A DNA stretch of 51,250 bases, taken from the sequence record DRR723986_9652; one strand, 5' to 3'. Under the pieces are notes generated by a model. That model did not search any database. It was not told where the DNA came from and saw nothing but the letters and a program-made list of their open reading frames with translations. A program made the position numbers and the translations under genes. Below, in pieces: positions 34,970 to 45,104 of the stretch (the first letter of the stretch is position 1; every line of letters starts with the position of its first letter).

Positions 34970-36703
34970 TTACTGCCTCAAGGAAATGGACTGTTGTGGC
35001 AAGCGGCCTAGGTTCAGCGATGGCGTCATTTTGAGATTCTCATCATTCTCGAGTCGGAAATTTTCCTTAATCGTGTCGATGGCGCGTTTTGTTGAACTTC
35101 TCCCATCGGGTGGTAGCTCGATGACGCGAGGCGTGATCAGGAATAACCTCACCATGGTTTGCTTTTGCTTTTCGGTGTAAGAAAATGCCTTTCCAATAAA
35201 GGGCAGGTCACCAAGCAAAGGCACCTTGTAGTTGTTGGAATTTTCACTATCCCGGTTGTAGCCACCAATTAACAAGGCTTTCTCAACATTGACCACGGCC
35301 TGGGTACTCAACACTGTGTTTCTGACAGTAGGTGAACCCTCGCCTGCCTGAGTCAAACTTCCGTCTTGAATGTCTACCCGCAGGAATATTTCCTCTCCGC
35401 TGTCTTTCCTGACAAGCCTCGGGGTGACTTGCAGAAGGCTGCCTGCCGTGACCGGCACAATTTGCGCAACACGCTCGCCAGTCACTCTCAAATACTGAGT
35501 TTCCGACAGATCAATAAATGCAGGGATGTTGTCTTGAGTGACGATGTTTGGCCTTGCCAACACCTTGGCATTTTGATCTGCGATCAAAGCGCGAATTCTT
35601 GCGAGAAAACGCCCAGGGTCTACCACCGAACTCGCACCGCTGTAGAGCGATACGGTTCCAAGCTCAATGTTCTCGCCCGGAAAATCATACTGAACGCCAC
35701 CAGCGCGGAGTCCAAACTCCATACCGAGTTCATCCAGCGTCGCTTTATCAACCTCGACCAGCATGGCTTCTACTTCCACCATGGCGATAGGCGCATCGAG
35801 TTGCTCGATTAGTTTTCGATAGTACTCATATCGAGACCTGGTATCACGTATGACAATTGAGTTTGTTCTTGGATCTGCCGTCACGGAGAACGGGCTTATT
35901 TTTGAATCCTCTTTTTGCGCTTTGGAGGGAATATCAGTACGCCTGGTGGATGTCTGATTCTCAACAAAATCCTGTTGACCGATAGACCCCGCTGGCTTTA
36001 ATGGATCCAGGTGGGTTGTTCGATTGACTGGTGTAGGTACTGTGGTTCCAACCGAAGAATGATTCTTTAAGCCCAGCAGTTCCAGCAACACTGTAAGCGC
36101 GCCTTTTGATACAAAAGTTCGATCCCTCAAGTTGATCTCTCTGTCCTCAACTGAAGCATGCTTTAGCGTAAAAACCATCAGATCAGGCTCATCCTGCCCG
36201 GACTCTGGTCGCTCTCGGCCAAAGGCGGATTCAAGTAGTTTCAGATAAGCCAATGGGCCTGATGCGATCAGTTCATCGTGTTTCTCGTTGTACACCACAC
36301 TGAATTGTGGGTAATGAAGGCCTGAGTTTTTGAGAAGATCTTCCCAATCTGTCAAAGGGGGAAAATCACCGACATAGATTTTTCTGGTTTTCCAGTCCCT
36401 GGCCCGATACAGATACACCGAGGAACCATTTTGAAACCAGTTCATCTGATAGGCTGCTGTGAAATAACCCATCACATCTTCCACAGAACTCACTTTGAAT
36501 CGACCGCTAACCGGCGTGGAAGGAAGATCCGAAGTAATCAGTTCTCTCCCAAAGAACCCCAACAAATACGATATGACGCGTGACGGCCGCTCATCCTTGG
36601 CGATATAAATAACAGGTTCTGTTTTTTGGGCTGTGTTCGCATACGCTGGCAATGTGAACACAGCCATCAAGAAAGCGATCAATATTGCTCTAAGTTGAAT
36701 CAT
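34970..36703 (-). CDS. sctC: T3SS secretin
   Basis: Signal peptide; FTLKHASVEDR; ADPRTNSIVIRD; KVPLLGDLPFIG; RLFLITPRVI. Confidence 0.95.
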   Translation of the reverse strand: MIQLRAILIAFLMAVFTLPAYANTAQKTEPVIYIAKDERPSRVISYLLGFFGRELITSDLPSTPVSGRFKVSSVEDVMGYFTAAYQMNWFQNGSSVYLYRARDWKTRKIYVGDFPPLTDWEDLLKNSGLHYPQFSVVYNEKHDELIASGPLAYLKLLESAFGRERPESGQDEPDLMVFTLKHASVEDREINLRDRTFVSKGALTVLLELLGLKNHSSVGTTVPTPVNRTTHLDPLKPAGSIGQQDFVENQTSTRRTDIPSKAQKEDSKISPFSVTADPRTNSIVIRDTRSRYEYYRKLIEQLDAPIAMVEVEAMLVEVDKATLDELGMEFGLRAGGVQYDFPGENIELGTVSLYSGASSVVDPGRFLARIRALIADQNAKVLARPNIVTQDNIPAFIDLSETQYLRVTGERVAQIVPVTAGSLLQVTPRLVRKDSGEEIFLRVDIQDGSLTQAGEGSPTVRNTVLSTQAVVNVEKALLIGGYNRDSENSNNYKVPLLGDLPFIGKAFSYTEKQKQTMVRLFLITPRVIELPPDGRSSTKRAIDTIKENFRLENDENLKMTPSLNLGRLPQQSISLRQ

Positions 36704-37356
36704 GACTGACCTTGCTTTAAAGTTGCTTGGGCATCGAAATAGCCTTTAAGCGATAGAAGTTCTTGCCCCAAAATTGCAAGCCAGTTCTCGACTGAAACAT
36801 CGATATACGACTCACCGGCAGAGTCAACAACCAGCCTATCTGGTGCAACGGTGGAGTCTGGAATAACCTGCCACTTGCTCAATTTCAGTAAAGAAGAAAA
36901 CTTCTCTGCAATCAAGGTCTCTACCAGCTCAACCTGCCCGGGATGGACTCGAAGGGTAAAACTGGATCGTGACTGGATTTTCCCGAGAAGTAATTCAATC
37001 AAAGCGTTGAGCCTGGTTGTCTCGGGAGCCTCTTTGATGAATTGCGCAATGGCCATTCGACTCACCTCCATACATGCCATGGCTGAATTACTCTCAAGCT
37101 CCATGCGTCTTTTCTCGAATAGGTTTAAGAACTGTTGAAGATCATTCTGGCCACGTTTTGCGACGTCTTCTATGACCTCGGTTCTCTGGGTTTCAATCTC
37201 CAATTTCGCGCGATCCCTCATCTCCTGGATATGACGATGCGCTGTTGCGACCAGCGTTTGATAATCAGAAACCTGATCCATCAGCGAACCCTTGATCCAG
37301 TTTCCAGTGAACTGAAAATCAACAGGAACATCGATCTCGCGAAGTAAGCCAAGCAT
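36700..37356 (-). CDS. sctL: T3SS stator (HrpE/YscL-like)
   Basis: Coiled coil followed by TLRVHPGQ...VIPDSTVAPDRLVV; position. Confidence 0.75.
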   Translation of the reverse strand: MLGLLREIDVPVDFQFTGNWIKGSLMDQVSDYQTLVATAHRHIQEMRDRAKLEIETQRTEVIEDVAKRGQNDLQQFLNLFEKRRMELESNSAMACMEVSRMAIAQFIKEAPETTRLNALIELLLGKIQSRSSFTLRVHPGQVELVETLIAEKFSSLLKLSKWQVIPDSTVAPDRLVVDSAGESYIDVSVENWLAILGQELLSLKGYFDAQATLKQGQS

Positions 37357-37361
37357 GGTGT

Positions 37362-38054
37362 CTATGCCTCATTCAAATCAAGCAAGGGAATCTCAAACTG
37401 CTGAACAAAATTTCCGATAATTTTCTCAATCGCGGGATCAATCCAGGATTCAAACTCCTGAAGAAGATCATCTCTGGACAACAACGGAACTTCATGAATA
37501 TAGGCAGCGACCTGATCTGAAACACCAAGCAACCAGCGCTGATAGAAAACCGGAGAAGATTTCCGAAGATACAAACCGAGAACAATCAATATGGCCTGAT
37601 TGATTTTCACAGCCTCACTTTGTACTCGCTGCAACGAATTCACAATATTGATTCGAATGGTTTCCAGTCCAGGAGACAGCGTTCGGAAAGTAGAAATCAA
37701 GTCACGAATAACTTCGGTATTGTGCACACCATGCAACTGCTCCCAGTCACTGGGTCTTGCTGTCAAGATAGAGTCATCCAGAACTAGGCAGGCGAACTGT
37801 GAAAGCTCACTTTCCATCTCAGCGTGATCCACCAAACCCAGGATCAAACGACTGGGTGCAGCAGTCATTTGGCTATCTGGCAAGCAAGAGAGATTCATTA
37901 ATCGTCGAATCTTGATGATTACCGAAGGCTCATGCCTGTCTGCCCACGCGATACCTTGGGCCTTCAGCCATTTGATTTTGTCTGGATGCATGCCTTCACA
38001 TGGGTTGGTCCACCAACGCCACCACTGTGCAGCGATGTTTTCGTCATCTATCAT
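37362..38054 (-). CDS. sctK: HrpD/SctK-like protein
   Basis: WWRWWTNPCEGMHPD N-terminal motif; between sctJ and sctL; start MIDDE with GAGG. Confidence 0.6.
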   Translation of the reverse strand: MIDDENIAAQWWRWWTNPCEGMHPDKIKWLKAQGIAWADRHEPSVIIKIRRLMNLSCLPDSQMTAAPSRLILGLVDHAEMESELSQFACLVLDDSILTARPSDWEQLHGVHNTEVIRDLISTFRTLSPGLETIRINIVNSLQRVQSEAVKINQAILIVLGLYLRKSSPVFYQRWLLGVSDQVAAYIHEVPLLSRDDLLQEFESWIDPAIEKIIGNFVQQFEIPLLDLNEA

Positions 38055-38838
38055 CGACAGAACCTCGCTTGAAGACATGCAAAAACTTTGGCCAGTTTTT
38101 CTGATCTGCCACAGAGAGGTAAACGGCGCCCATCGACAAAAGCCACAAGCCGATGAGTGTGTAGATCACCATGAGAAAAGCCATGCGGTCCTCTGGCATC
38201 AAGGCCATCGGGCCATACCAGATCAGGGGCAATCCCTTTTCAAGGTACTCATTGGAGGGAATTGCGACAATTGAAATTCGTTCGGCATTTCCACCACCAA
38301 CACCCGGAATACTGCTGCTGACCAGCTCACGGATTTTGGAAATGTATGCCTGAAACGGCGAGTCTGTTTTGTGCTTTACAAAAACAGCCACCGACGATGG
38401 GATCAACTGCTCACCGGGCGCCGGGCGCTCTGGCAGGACCAAGTGGACTCTGGCGGAAATCACGCCATCAATGGTGAGAAGCGTTTGCTCCAACTCTTGT
38501 GAAAGGGCAAACAGGTAGCGTGCCTTCTCCTCGAGTGGGGAACTAATCATGCTGTCCTTCTTGAATATCTCACCAATGGTGCCTCGTTTGCTTTTTGGCA
38601 AACCTCGAGCTTTCAGGACCAGAAGCGCGTCACCGGACATACGCTGGGGAACACTGATTGAGATACCGTTCTTGCCTTGTTCTTTCTGGGCAGGAATACC
38701 CGAGTCAAGAAGGACCGCGTAGATTTCGTTTGCATCTGCCTCGTTGAGATCCTGGAACAGGGCAATTCGAGACCCGCATGCCTGCAAGGTAACAGCCGCC
38801 ATAATCATCACAAGGAGTTTAATCAGATTGAGCCTCAT
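38044..38838 (-). CDS. sctJ: T3SS inner membrane ring lipoprotein
   Basis: LQAC lipobox; ISSPLEEKARY; IDGVISARVH; C-terminal TM. Confidence 0.96.
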   Translation of the reverse strand: MRLNLIKLLVMIMAAVTLQACGSRIALFQDLNEADANEIYAVLLDSGIPAQKEQGKNGISISVPQRMSGDALLVLKARGLPKSKRGTIGEIFKKDSMISSPLEEKARYLFALSQELEQTLLTIDGVISARVHLVLPERPAPGEQLIPSSVAVFVKHKTDSPFQAYISKIRELVSSSIPGVGGGNAERISIVAIPSNEYLEKGLPLIWYGPMALMPEDRMAFLMVIYTLIGLWLLSMGAVYLSVADQKNWPKFLHVFKRGSVDDR

Positions 38839-39257
38839 GGGCGCCCCCTGGTCAACGATCCCAACTCTTCGCCAAATTCTGTTGCTCGCTGAGATGCGTA
38901 ATTGGTTTGCATGAAATAGGTGTCCCCATCAACTTCGAGTCTCAATATGGACTCGGTGAGATTGAACAGATGGTCACCGTTGGACTGAATTTCCTGGCTG
39001 TTTAGCTTGGCTGCAACAGCCATGCCTTCAATGATCTGATCCAGTCCGTGAACATCATTCAGAAGTGCTGCACCAATTTCCCCTCGTTCAGGTCCAGGCG
39101 TTTTTGTTGTATTCATTCCGGGTTGAGTTGGGCTTGAAGCAACGCGCATGCCTTCCAGCAATCGAGCAAAGTGGGATTGATCTGCGGTACTTGCGACCGA
39201 CGCCCTTGATGATGAAAGAACAAACGGCAGTTGCGAGGGTATGTGAAGATCATTCAT
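38835..39257 (-). CDS. HrpB/HrpB2-like protein (second rod-like gene)
   Basis: 140 aa, ADQSHFARLL motif; immediately upstream of sctJ, as hrpB is in Hrp clusters. Confidence 0.5.
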   Translation of the reverse strand: MNDLHIPSQLPFVLSSSRASVASTADQSHFARLLEGMRVASSPTQPGMNTTKTPGPERGEIGAALLNDVHGLDQIIEGMAVAAKLNSQEIQSNGDHLFNLTESILRLEVDGDTYFMQTNYASQRATEFGEELGSLTRGRP

Positions 39258-39286
39258 CTTGTTCTCAAATAGAAGTACTCGTGTTC

Positions 39287-39315
39287 TAAGTGAGAAAAAA
39301 GAGTCTGTTAGTTCC
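39287..39315 (-). promoter_or_regulatory. hrp-box-like promoter of the sctJ operon
   Basis: GGAACT-N16-TCACTTA, 29 nt upstream of the ATG. Confidence 0.8.
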
Positions 39316-40354
39316 TTGGCTTTGACAAAGAGAAAACCAGTTTGAAAACCGCTGCTGCCAGTTCCAGGTGTGGGCGCTGAATGTATTCATCTTCATCGCA
39401 GTCGGAATAGATCATTCGGGCCAACCGTACATTCTCAACGACAGGAATTTTGTGCTTGGCAGCAAGCTCCCGAATGAGTTTTGCGTCTTCATCAGCGCCA
39501 ATGGCGAGAACATAAGGTAAATCGTGCACGCCTGGCTCGTAGTCGAGCGCAACAGCAAGGTGGGTGGGGTTTGTCACCACCACCTTGGCATTTGGAACCC
39601 GCTGTAGCGAGGCGTTCAATAATCGCCGATGCCCCTGTTTGATATAGCGCTTAACCTCTGGATTACCTTGAATTTCCTTGTTCTCATCCTTAACTTCATT
39701 TTTACTCATGCGCATTTGCTTGAGATGATCAAAGTAGGTTGCAATCCAATCAATTGCAGAAAGACTGATAAACAAACCCAGAATGATTGTGACCGCCTGC
39801 TGCAACAGATCCCACATGAGAGTGAGCATGACATCCAAACCAGCCCTATAGCTGTAGACGATGTCCTGGAGATTGAATATGGCAACGTAGTAAATGACGA
39901 CTGCAAGCAATATGCTTTTAACAACTGAAATCACCAGTTGAACCAACGATTTTTTTGAAAACATATTTTTGATCGTTGGAATTGGATTCAGCTTTTTAAA
40001 TGACGGCATGGCCGCTTCAGGAGCAATTACCAAACCGGTTTGAGCCCAGGTACCAACAATCCCGATAAGAACTGCTACTGCAACGATTGGCATTACGATT
40101 TCAAGAAGAAGATTGATCGCGAGATTGGAGATTTCTGAATTGAACGTGAATTTTCGGGAGAATCCGGCAGCGATTGTAGAGTCAATTAATTCAAGAAACC
40201 CATTGAAGTAATTAACCATGACTGAAAACAACAACATGTAAATGAAAGTCAGCCGAAAAAGTGTCAAGACATCTTTACTAACCGCTACCTGACCTTTCTT
40301 TTTACTGTCTTCTTTCTTTTTTTCTGTGGGTAACTCGGTTTTTTCTCCACTCAT
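39308..40354 (-). CDS. sctU: T3SS export switch protein
   Basis: MSGEKTELPT; NPTH autocleavage motif. Confidence 0.96.
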   Translation of the reverse strand: MSGEKTELPTEKKKEDSKKKGQVAVSKDVLTLFRLTFIYMLLFSVMVNYFNGFLELIDSTIAAGFSRKFTFNSEISNLAINLLLEIVMPIVAVAVLIGIVGTWAQTGLVIAPEAAMPSFKKLNPIPTIKNMFSKKSLVQLVISVVKSILLAVVIYYVAIFNLQDIVYSYRAGLDVMLTLMWDLLQQAVTIILGLFISLSAIDWIATYFDHLKQMRMSKNEVKDENKEIQGNPEVKRYIKQGHRRLLNASLQRVPNAKVVVTNPTHLAVALDYEPGVHDLPYVLAIGADEDAKLIRELAAKHKIPVVENVRLARMIYSDCDEDEYIQRPHLELAAAVFKLVFSLSKPRN

Positions 40355-41151
40355 GGCACTAGCCCCAACAATGTGGACAGCGTTGTTGAGTAATCACCAA
40401 AGATTCTAAATATCTCCTCTTCTGCAAACTCAAGCACCAGGATCAATCCAGCAATTCCAAAGACAGACCTAAGCCCAAACTGCAAGCTGTAAACCTGCAT
40501 CTGCGGCGTGAAACTTGAAAGAATTTCCATGGCAAATTCTACGAGCATGATAATAATCAGAATCGGTCCCGATAGAAGAACGGCAAAGGCCAGATAATCA
40601 ACAACCAACTGCACCAATGCGACTACCCAGGTATCAAAATTCCCGACTTGAATGAGCCCGGGAGGAAAAGTGGCATAGCTGTACAAAAGATGTTGTGTAA
40701 TGGCATGAAGACCCGGCCCCGCAAAAATGAGTGCTGTGAAAAGCAAACCAAAGAGATTCTCAAGGGGAAGTTGTTCCCCGGAATCCTGCCCGTTTGCCTG
40801 AGCTGCAAAGGTCGCACCGCGATACACATCGATCAAGGCCCCAAAAGCCATAAAAATGTAATAAGGAAGTGCGATCGTCAGTCCCAACAAAGTGCCCAGC
40901 ATCACTTCGGTCACCAACGTAAACACCACGAAGTCTTGGGTTGCGGGATGAGGAAAACTGGATGCAAAGGCAATTTGAACCGGGAGCAAAACAATCGCGA
41001 TTCCAATTGCACTTTTAATCAAGCCACTATTGCTACCCTTTCCAAGCAAGGGCATGAAGGCAACAAACAGCAATGTTCTTGGCAAGTAGTAGGCCAACAG
41101 GGCAAGGAAAGCACGAACGGAGTCGGTGTTTGTTGCAAGCAAATCAACCAT
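40351..41151 (-). CDS. sctT: T3SS export apparatus SctT
   Basis: EVMLGTLLG...GALIDVYRG; FTPQMQVYSL. Confidence 0.93.
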   Translation of the reverse strand: MVDLLATNTDSVRAFLALLAYYLPRTLLFVAFMPLLGKGSNSGLIKSAIGIAIVLLPVQIAFASSFPHPATQDFVVFTLVTEVMLGTLLGLTIALPYYIFMAFGALIDVYRGATFAAQANGQDSGEQLPLENLFGLLFTALIFAGPGLHAITQHLLYSYATFPPGLIQVGNFDTWVVALVQLVVDYLAFAVLLSGPILIIIMLVEFAMEILSSFTPQMQVYSLQFGLRSVFGIAGLILVLEFAEEEIFRIFGDYSTTLSTLLGLVP

Positions 41152-41407
41152 AGGCGGCAGACATCGAAATGATTTCAAAGATCTGATTGGTGTATTGCAT
41201 CATCATCCCCGCGATCCAGGGACCCAACATGATTAAACACGCCACACATGCGACCAACTTGATACCAAATGGCAGTGCCTGATCCTGCAACTGAAAAATT
41301 GCCTGCAAAAACCCCAAGATGAAACCGAGTACGACCGTTATACCTACTACAGGAAGGGAAACCAGCAAAGAAATCCAGAGCGCCTGACTCACAAAATTGG
41401 TAATCAA
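41144..41407 (-). CDS. sctS: T3SS export apparatus SctS
   Basis: LQAIFQLQDQALPFGIKL. Confidence 0.95.
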   Translation of the reverse strand: MITNFVSQALWISLLVSLPVVGITVVLGFILGFLQAIFQLQDQALPFGIKLVACVACLIMLGPWIAGMMMQYTNQIFEIISMSAAYG

Positions 41408-41410
41408 TTG

Positions 41411-42067
41411 TCAGACTCCGTAGGATGAAATCAAACCCGAAAATACTTTTGCCCAGCCTTCAACGGCTACAAAAAGCAGAATTTTTGCCGGAACTGTCAG
41501 TGACATGGGCGACACCATCATCATTCCGAGCGCCATCAATGCACTGGAAACTGCAAGATCAATAATCACAAACGGGAGGTAGAGGTAAAGTCCAAGCCTG
41601 AAAGCTTCCGACAATTCGGAAGCGACAAACGCCGGCAACACCACGGTAAGGTCATTTCGATCCAACTCAGGCGCCTGATACTTCTCGGAAATTCGCAACG
41701 AGGTTTGGTAGAAACTGTCGTGATAGTCCGGATTTGTGTGCTTCAACATGAACACTTTAAAGGGTGGAATGGCTGACCCGATCGCTGAAATCATTTCCGT
41801 ACCGTTCCCTGGCAAATTGCCTTCTGGAGCAAACTTCTGACTGGCATCCTGTAGAACGGGTCCCATCACCAGCAGTGTGATCACCATCGAGATGCCATAG
41901 AGCACCATGTTCGAGGGCACCTGTTGAACACCAATTGCATTGCGTAGTATCAGCAGTACGGCGGATATCTTCAGAAAAGAGGTTGCGGTAACTGCCACCA
42001 AAGGCACCAAAGAAAGCGAAGCAACCGTAACAATTAACGATATTGGATTAATCGTCTCTGGACCCAT
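41411..42067 (-). CDS. sctR: T3SS export apparatus SctR
   Basis: TSFLKI...RNAIGVQQVPSN; YLPFVIIDL; LMALGMMMVSP. Confidence 0.97.
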   Translation of the reverse strand: MGPETINPISLIVTVASLSLVPLVAVTATSFLKISAVLLILRNAIGVQQVPSNMVLYGISMVITLLVMGPVLQDASQKFAPEGNLPGNGTEMISAIGSAIPPFKVFMLKHTNPDYHDSFYQTSLRISEKYQAPELDRNDLTVVLPAFVASELSEAFRLGLYLYLPFVIIDLAVSSALMALGMMMVSPMSLTVPAKILLFVAVEGWAKVFSGLISSYGV

Positions 42068-43289
42068 TGCTTATCCTTCGTGTGACTTGAACCATTAAGA
42101 CTTCCTTGAAGCGCACCAACTCACCTTCCAGAATTGGCACGCCACGCACTGCCAACTTGACCATGGGCAAAGTGTGGGATTGAAGTTCAATCAAACTTCC
42201 ATCCTGAATATTGCAAAGCTCGTTGAAGTCAACTTGTGTTACGCCCGCGATTACCTCAAGAACCACGTCTTCGGGGCCGCTCACGCCTTCGACGATTCGC
42301 TGGCTGGACAACAAAGAGGGGGAAGCTGCATTCGATTCATACTCAAGATCAGAGTCGCTGTGCACACTACCTGAAAGCAAGTTATCCCCATCGTCATCAA
42401 ATGATTGTTCAACCCTTTCCCAGGAAGTATTTCCAATGTGAATTTTGGCGTCTTTGTCTGTCATTGTGAAATTTACCTCTCTTGTCCATTGAACCGTGCT
42501 TGTAGAGCTGCTGATCATTTTCGCTCTCAGCTCAACCAGCCCTTCTCCCCTTCTACGCTGCTGCAAGTACAACAGGTCGCCAGCAGAGACAGAGGAGATT
42601 TCCGACAACTTCCAGGCGGTCTTGCTGAGCAGTAAATTGAGTCTTAATTCATAGAAGATTGATTGCCCTAGCCACAGGCAGTTTTTTCTGTAGTCTGTGC
42701 TGTAGGCACGAAGAACCAGTTCCGCCCGGTTTAAGGCTGAACTGCTTCCGAAAGCGATCAATTGCGTAGACTTCTCGTCATTGATATACAGCGCGTCCTC
42801 GATTGGATTTTCAATTTCCGGGCAAGGGGAACGGCTGATGCCCCGGGGAATCCAGTCAAAAAAGTCAAACAGCTCGATCAACGAGTATTCAATGAAACCA
42901 ATAATTTCAGGAGCATGGTCGACAGCCCATCTTGATAGCTCAGGCGTAATCAAATGGGCACTCGATTTCCAGACCCAGTCTGGATGTACGGCAAGAATAA
43001 ATGACTGTCGTTGAGCATCTTCGATCTCAAGCAACAGGTAATCCCTCAGGGACAAAGACAAACTCATGCCCTCGGCGCGACGGATTTCATTTGATCTGAG
43101 CTTGGGATGATCCAGTTGGTACAACTGCTGCCGGATTTTGAATGCCGGGCAGGAAATCACTTTGTTCCTGGGCAGTGACGACAAAGACATTAATTCAGAT
43201 GTTGACCAGAACTCCAGTACCTCGGCGTCATCAAATTGATCGTCCAGGAACTCGCCAGCTTCAGAAATATCACCAAGTTCATTCATCAT
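42048..43289 (-). CDS. sctQ: T3SS C-ring protein (SpoA domains)
   Basis: C-terminal IQDGSLIEL...VRGVPILEGELVRF..VLMVQV; position before sctR. Confidence 0.8.
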   Translation of the reverse strand: MMNELGDISEAGEFLDDQFDDAEVLEFWSTSELMSLSSLPRNKVISCPAFKIRQQLYQLDHPKLRSNEIRRAEGMSLSLSLRDYLLLEIEDAQRQSFILAVHPDWVWKSSAHLITPELSRWAVDHAPEIIGFIEYSLIELFDFFDWIPRGISRSPCPEIENPIEDALYINDEKSTQLIAFGSSSALNRAELVLRAYSTDYRKNCLWLGQSIFYELRLNLLLSKTAWKLSEISSVSAGDLLYLQQRRRGEGLVELRAKMISSSTSTVQWTREVNFTMTDKDAKIHIGNTSWERVEQSFDDDGDNLLSGSVHSDSDLEYESNAASPSLLSSQRIVEGVSGPEDVVLEVIAGVTQVDFNELCNIQDGSLIELQSHTLPMVKLAVRGVPILEGELVRFKEVLMVQVTRRISNGSRDD

Positions 43290-43696
43290 GTCCAATCCAG
43301 CTTGAGATATTCCTCAACCTTAATGCTTGCTTTTTCCAGTTCTTTGTATTTTGTTTTTTCAGCAATCCAATCCACTCTACTTTGTTGGATTTGATCACCA
43401 AGCACATCACCCTCACGGGTCATCTGGTTTCTTTTCCAGTCAAAGGTGTTCTCACTGTCTTTCAATTCAAGAAATTCCCGAATGTTTGTCTGCCCACCCT
43501 TGAGTTTTTCAAGCTTTGCACGACGTGTTTGAACATGGTTTTCTTGAATAGCGATCAGGTCTCGCTGTAGTTTCTGTTGGGCGGTCAATTGTTGCTTGAG
43601 CTTGTTCTCCGACTCAGCCACCATCGCCGCTTGCCTACGGACCCGAATACTGCGAATTCTCAATACGGTTTGTAGCTGAAAGTGAGTTTGTTTCAT
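43286..43696 (-). CDS. sctO: T3SS stalk (coiled coil)
   Basis: Charged coiled-coil protein directly after the ATPase. Confidence 0.7.
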   Translation of the reverse strand: MKQTHFQLQTVLRIRSIRVRRQAAMVAESENKLKQQLTAQQKLQRDLIAIQENHVQTRRAKLEKLKGGQTNIREFLELKDSENTFDWKRNQMTREGDVLGDQIQQSRVDWIAEKTKYKELEKASIKVEEYLKLDWT

Positions 43697-43700
43697 CAAA

Positions 43701-45104
43701 TCAAGCCCTCTCAGTCAAGCTTTGAAAAGACGATACGATTCTCGCAAGACCCTTGAAGGTCTCCTGCGTTGGCGAATTCTCGTTTCGACCCTGTCGCATC
43801 CAGTCCTTGAGGTTGGGTACAACCCGAAGTGCCTCATCCACGATCGGATCTGTTCCGGCCTGATATTCATTGAGCCGAACCAGTAACTCCATTTCCTGAT
43901 GAATCGACAAGATGCGCCGAACGGCCTGGGATAACTTGACATGCTCGGGGGAAACAATATGATCCATCACCCGTGAAAGGCTACGCAGGGGATCAACCGC
44001 TGGAAAATGAGCTGACTCCACATATTTCTGGCTAAGCAGAATATGCGCGTCAAGCAGGCTTTTGGCCTCGCTAGCCAGCGGATCGTCTTCAAACTTTTCA
44101 GATTCCATCAGGACCGTGAATATCGCGGTAATGGAACCTTGGTTTGTCCTTCCAGCCCGTTCTACAAGTTGGGGAAGCAAACTGTACACAGATGGAGTAA
44201 ACCCAGCTGAAGTTGCGGGTTCTCCTACCATCAATCCAATTTCACGCTGAGCCCTTGCAAGACGGGTGATTGAGTCGACCAGAAGTAACACCGATTTTCC
44301 CTGATCGCGAAAACGTTCAGCAATGGTCATGGCGGTAAATGCTGACCTGACTCGCTCTGTTGGCGATCGATCTGACGTTGCGCAAACAAAAACACTTTTG
44401 GATCGGATCTCGGTGCTTATCTCACGGTCCATGAATTCACGCAGCTCTCGGCCCCGTTCGCCCACCAGCGCAAACACAACAATATCCGCGTCTACGCCAC
44501 GAGCGATCTGTGACAGAAGCGTGGTTTTTCCGCAGCCAGGCGGTGCAAATACGCCCACCCTTTGCCCGACACCAATGCTGTTGAGCCCATCGATGACTCG
44601 TACACCAGTCTCCAGGTGACGGCAAACAGGTGGACGCTCTGCTGCCAGCGGCGCTTGTCGCATTACTGGAACCGAGTCTGAAGAAAAAGAAAGTGCCCAA
44701 GTTGAGCGATCCGCCGGATTGAGCATGTTCCTGCCCATGCCATCAAGAACCTGGCCAACTATTCCAGCATGGCTTTCTATGCAATGTCGACGCCCAAACG
44801 GTGTCACCTTGGATCCTAGGCGCACGCCATCAACAGAATCTAGGCAAGCGATTGTGGCCTCGTTGCCGCTGAAAGCGACAACTTCGCCCAGCACGGTTTT
44901 TCCGTTTTCGCAGGAGATCTCACACATTTCTCCCCGAGTGATATCTGGCAGTGTTGCGCGCAGCGTATTCATCACGATTTCATGTACGTGACCAACACGT
45001 GTGACCGGGTCCAGCGTTTGAATTCTTGCCTTAAAGCGCGCCAGAGGATCTGGTGTGCCGGGTAAGCACCTCGACAAATCAATCAACTCATTCATCGCTG
45101 TCAT
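43701..45104 (-). CDS. sctN: T3SS ATPase
   Basis: APPGCGKT Walker A; GERGRELREF; LLLVDSITRLARAQREIGL; SLSRVM. Confidence 0.97.
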   Translation of the reverse strand: MTAMNELIDLSRCLPGTPDPLARFKARIQTLDPVTRVGHVHEIVMNTLRATLPDITRGEMCEISCENGKTVLGEVVAFSGNEATIACLDSVDGVRLGSKVTPFGRRHCIESHAGIVGQVLDGMGRNMLNPADRSTWALSFSSDSVPVMRQAPLAAERPPVCRHLETGVRVIDGLNSIGVGQRVGVFAPPGCGKTTLLSQIARGVDADIVVFALVGERGRELREFMDREISTEIRSKSVFVCATSDRSPTERVRSAFTAMTIAERFRDQGKSVLLLVDSITRLARAQREIGLMVGEPATSAGFTPSVYSLLPQLVERAGRTNQGSITAIFTVLMESEKFEDDPLASEAKSLLDAHILLSQKYVESAHFPAVDPLRSLSRVMDHIVSPEHVKLSQAVRRILSIHQEMELLVRLNEYQAGTDPIVDEALRVVPNLKDWMRQGRNENSPTQETFKGLARIVSSFQSLTERA

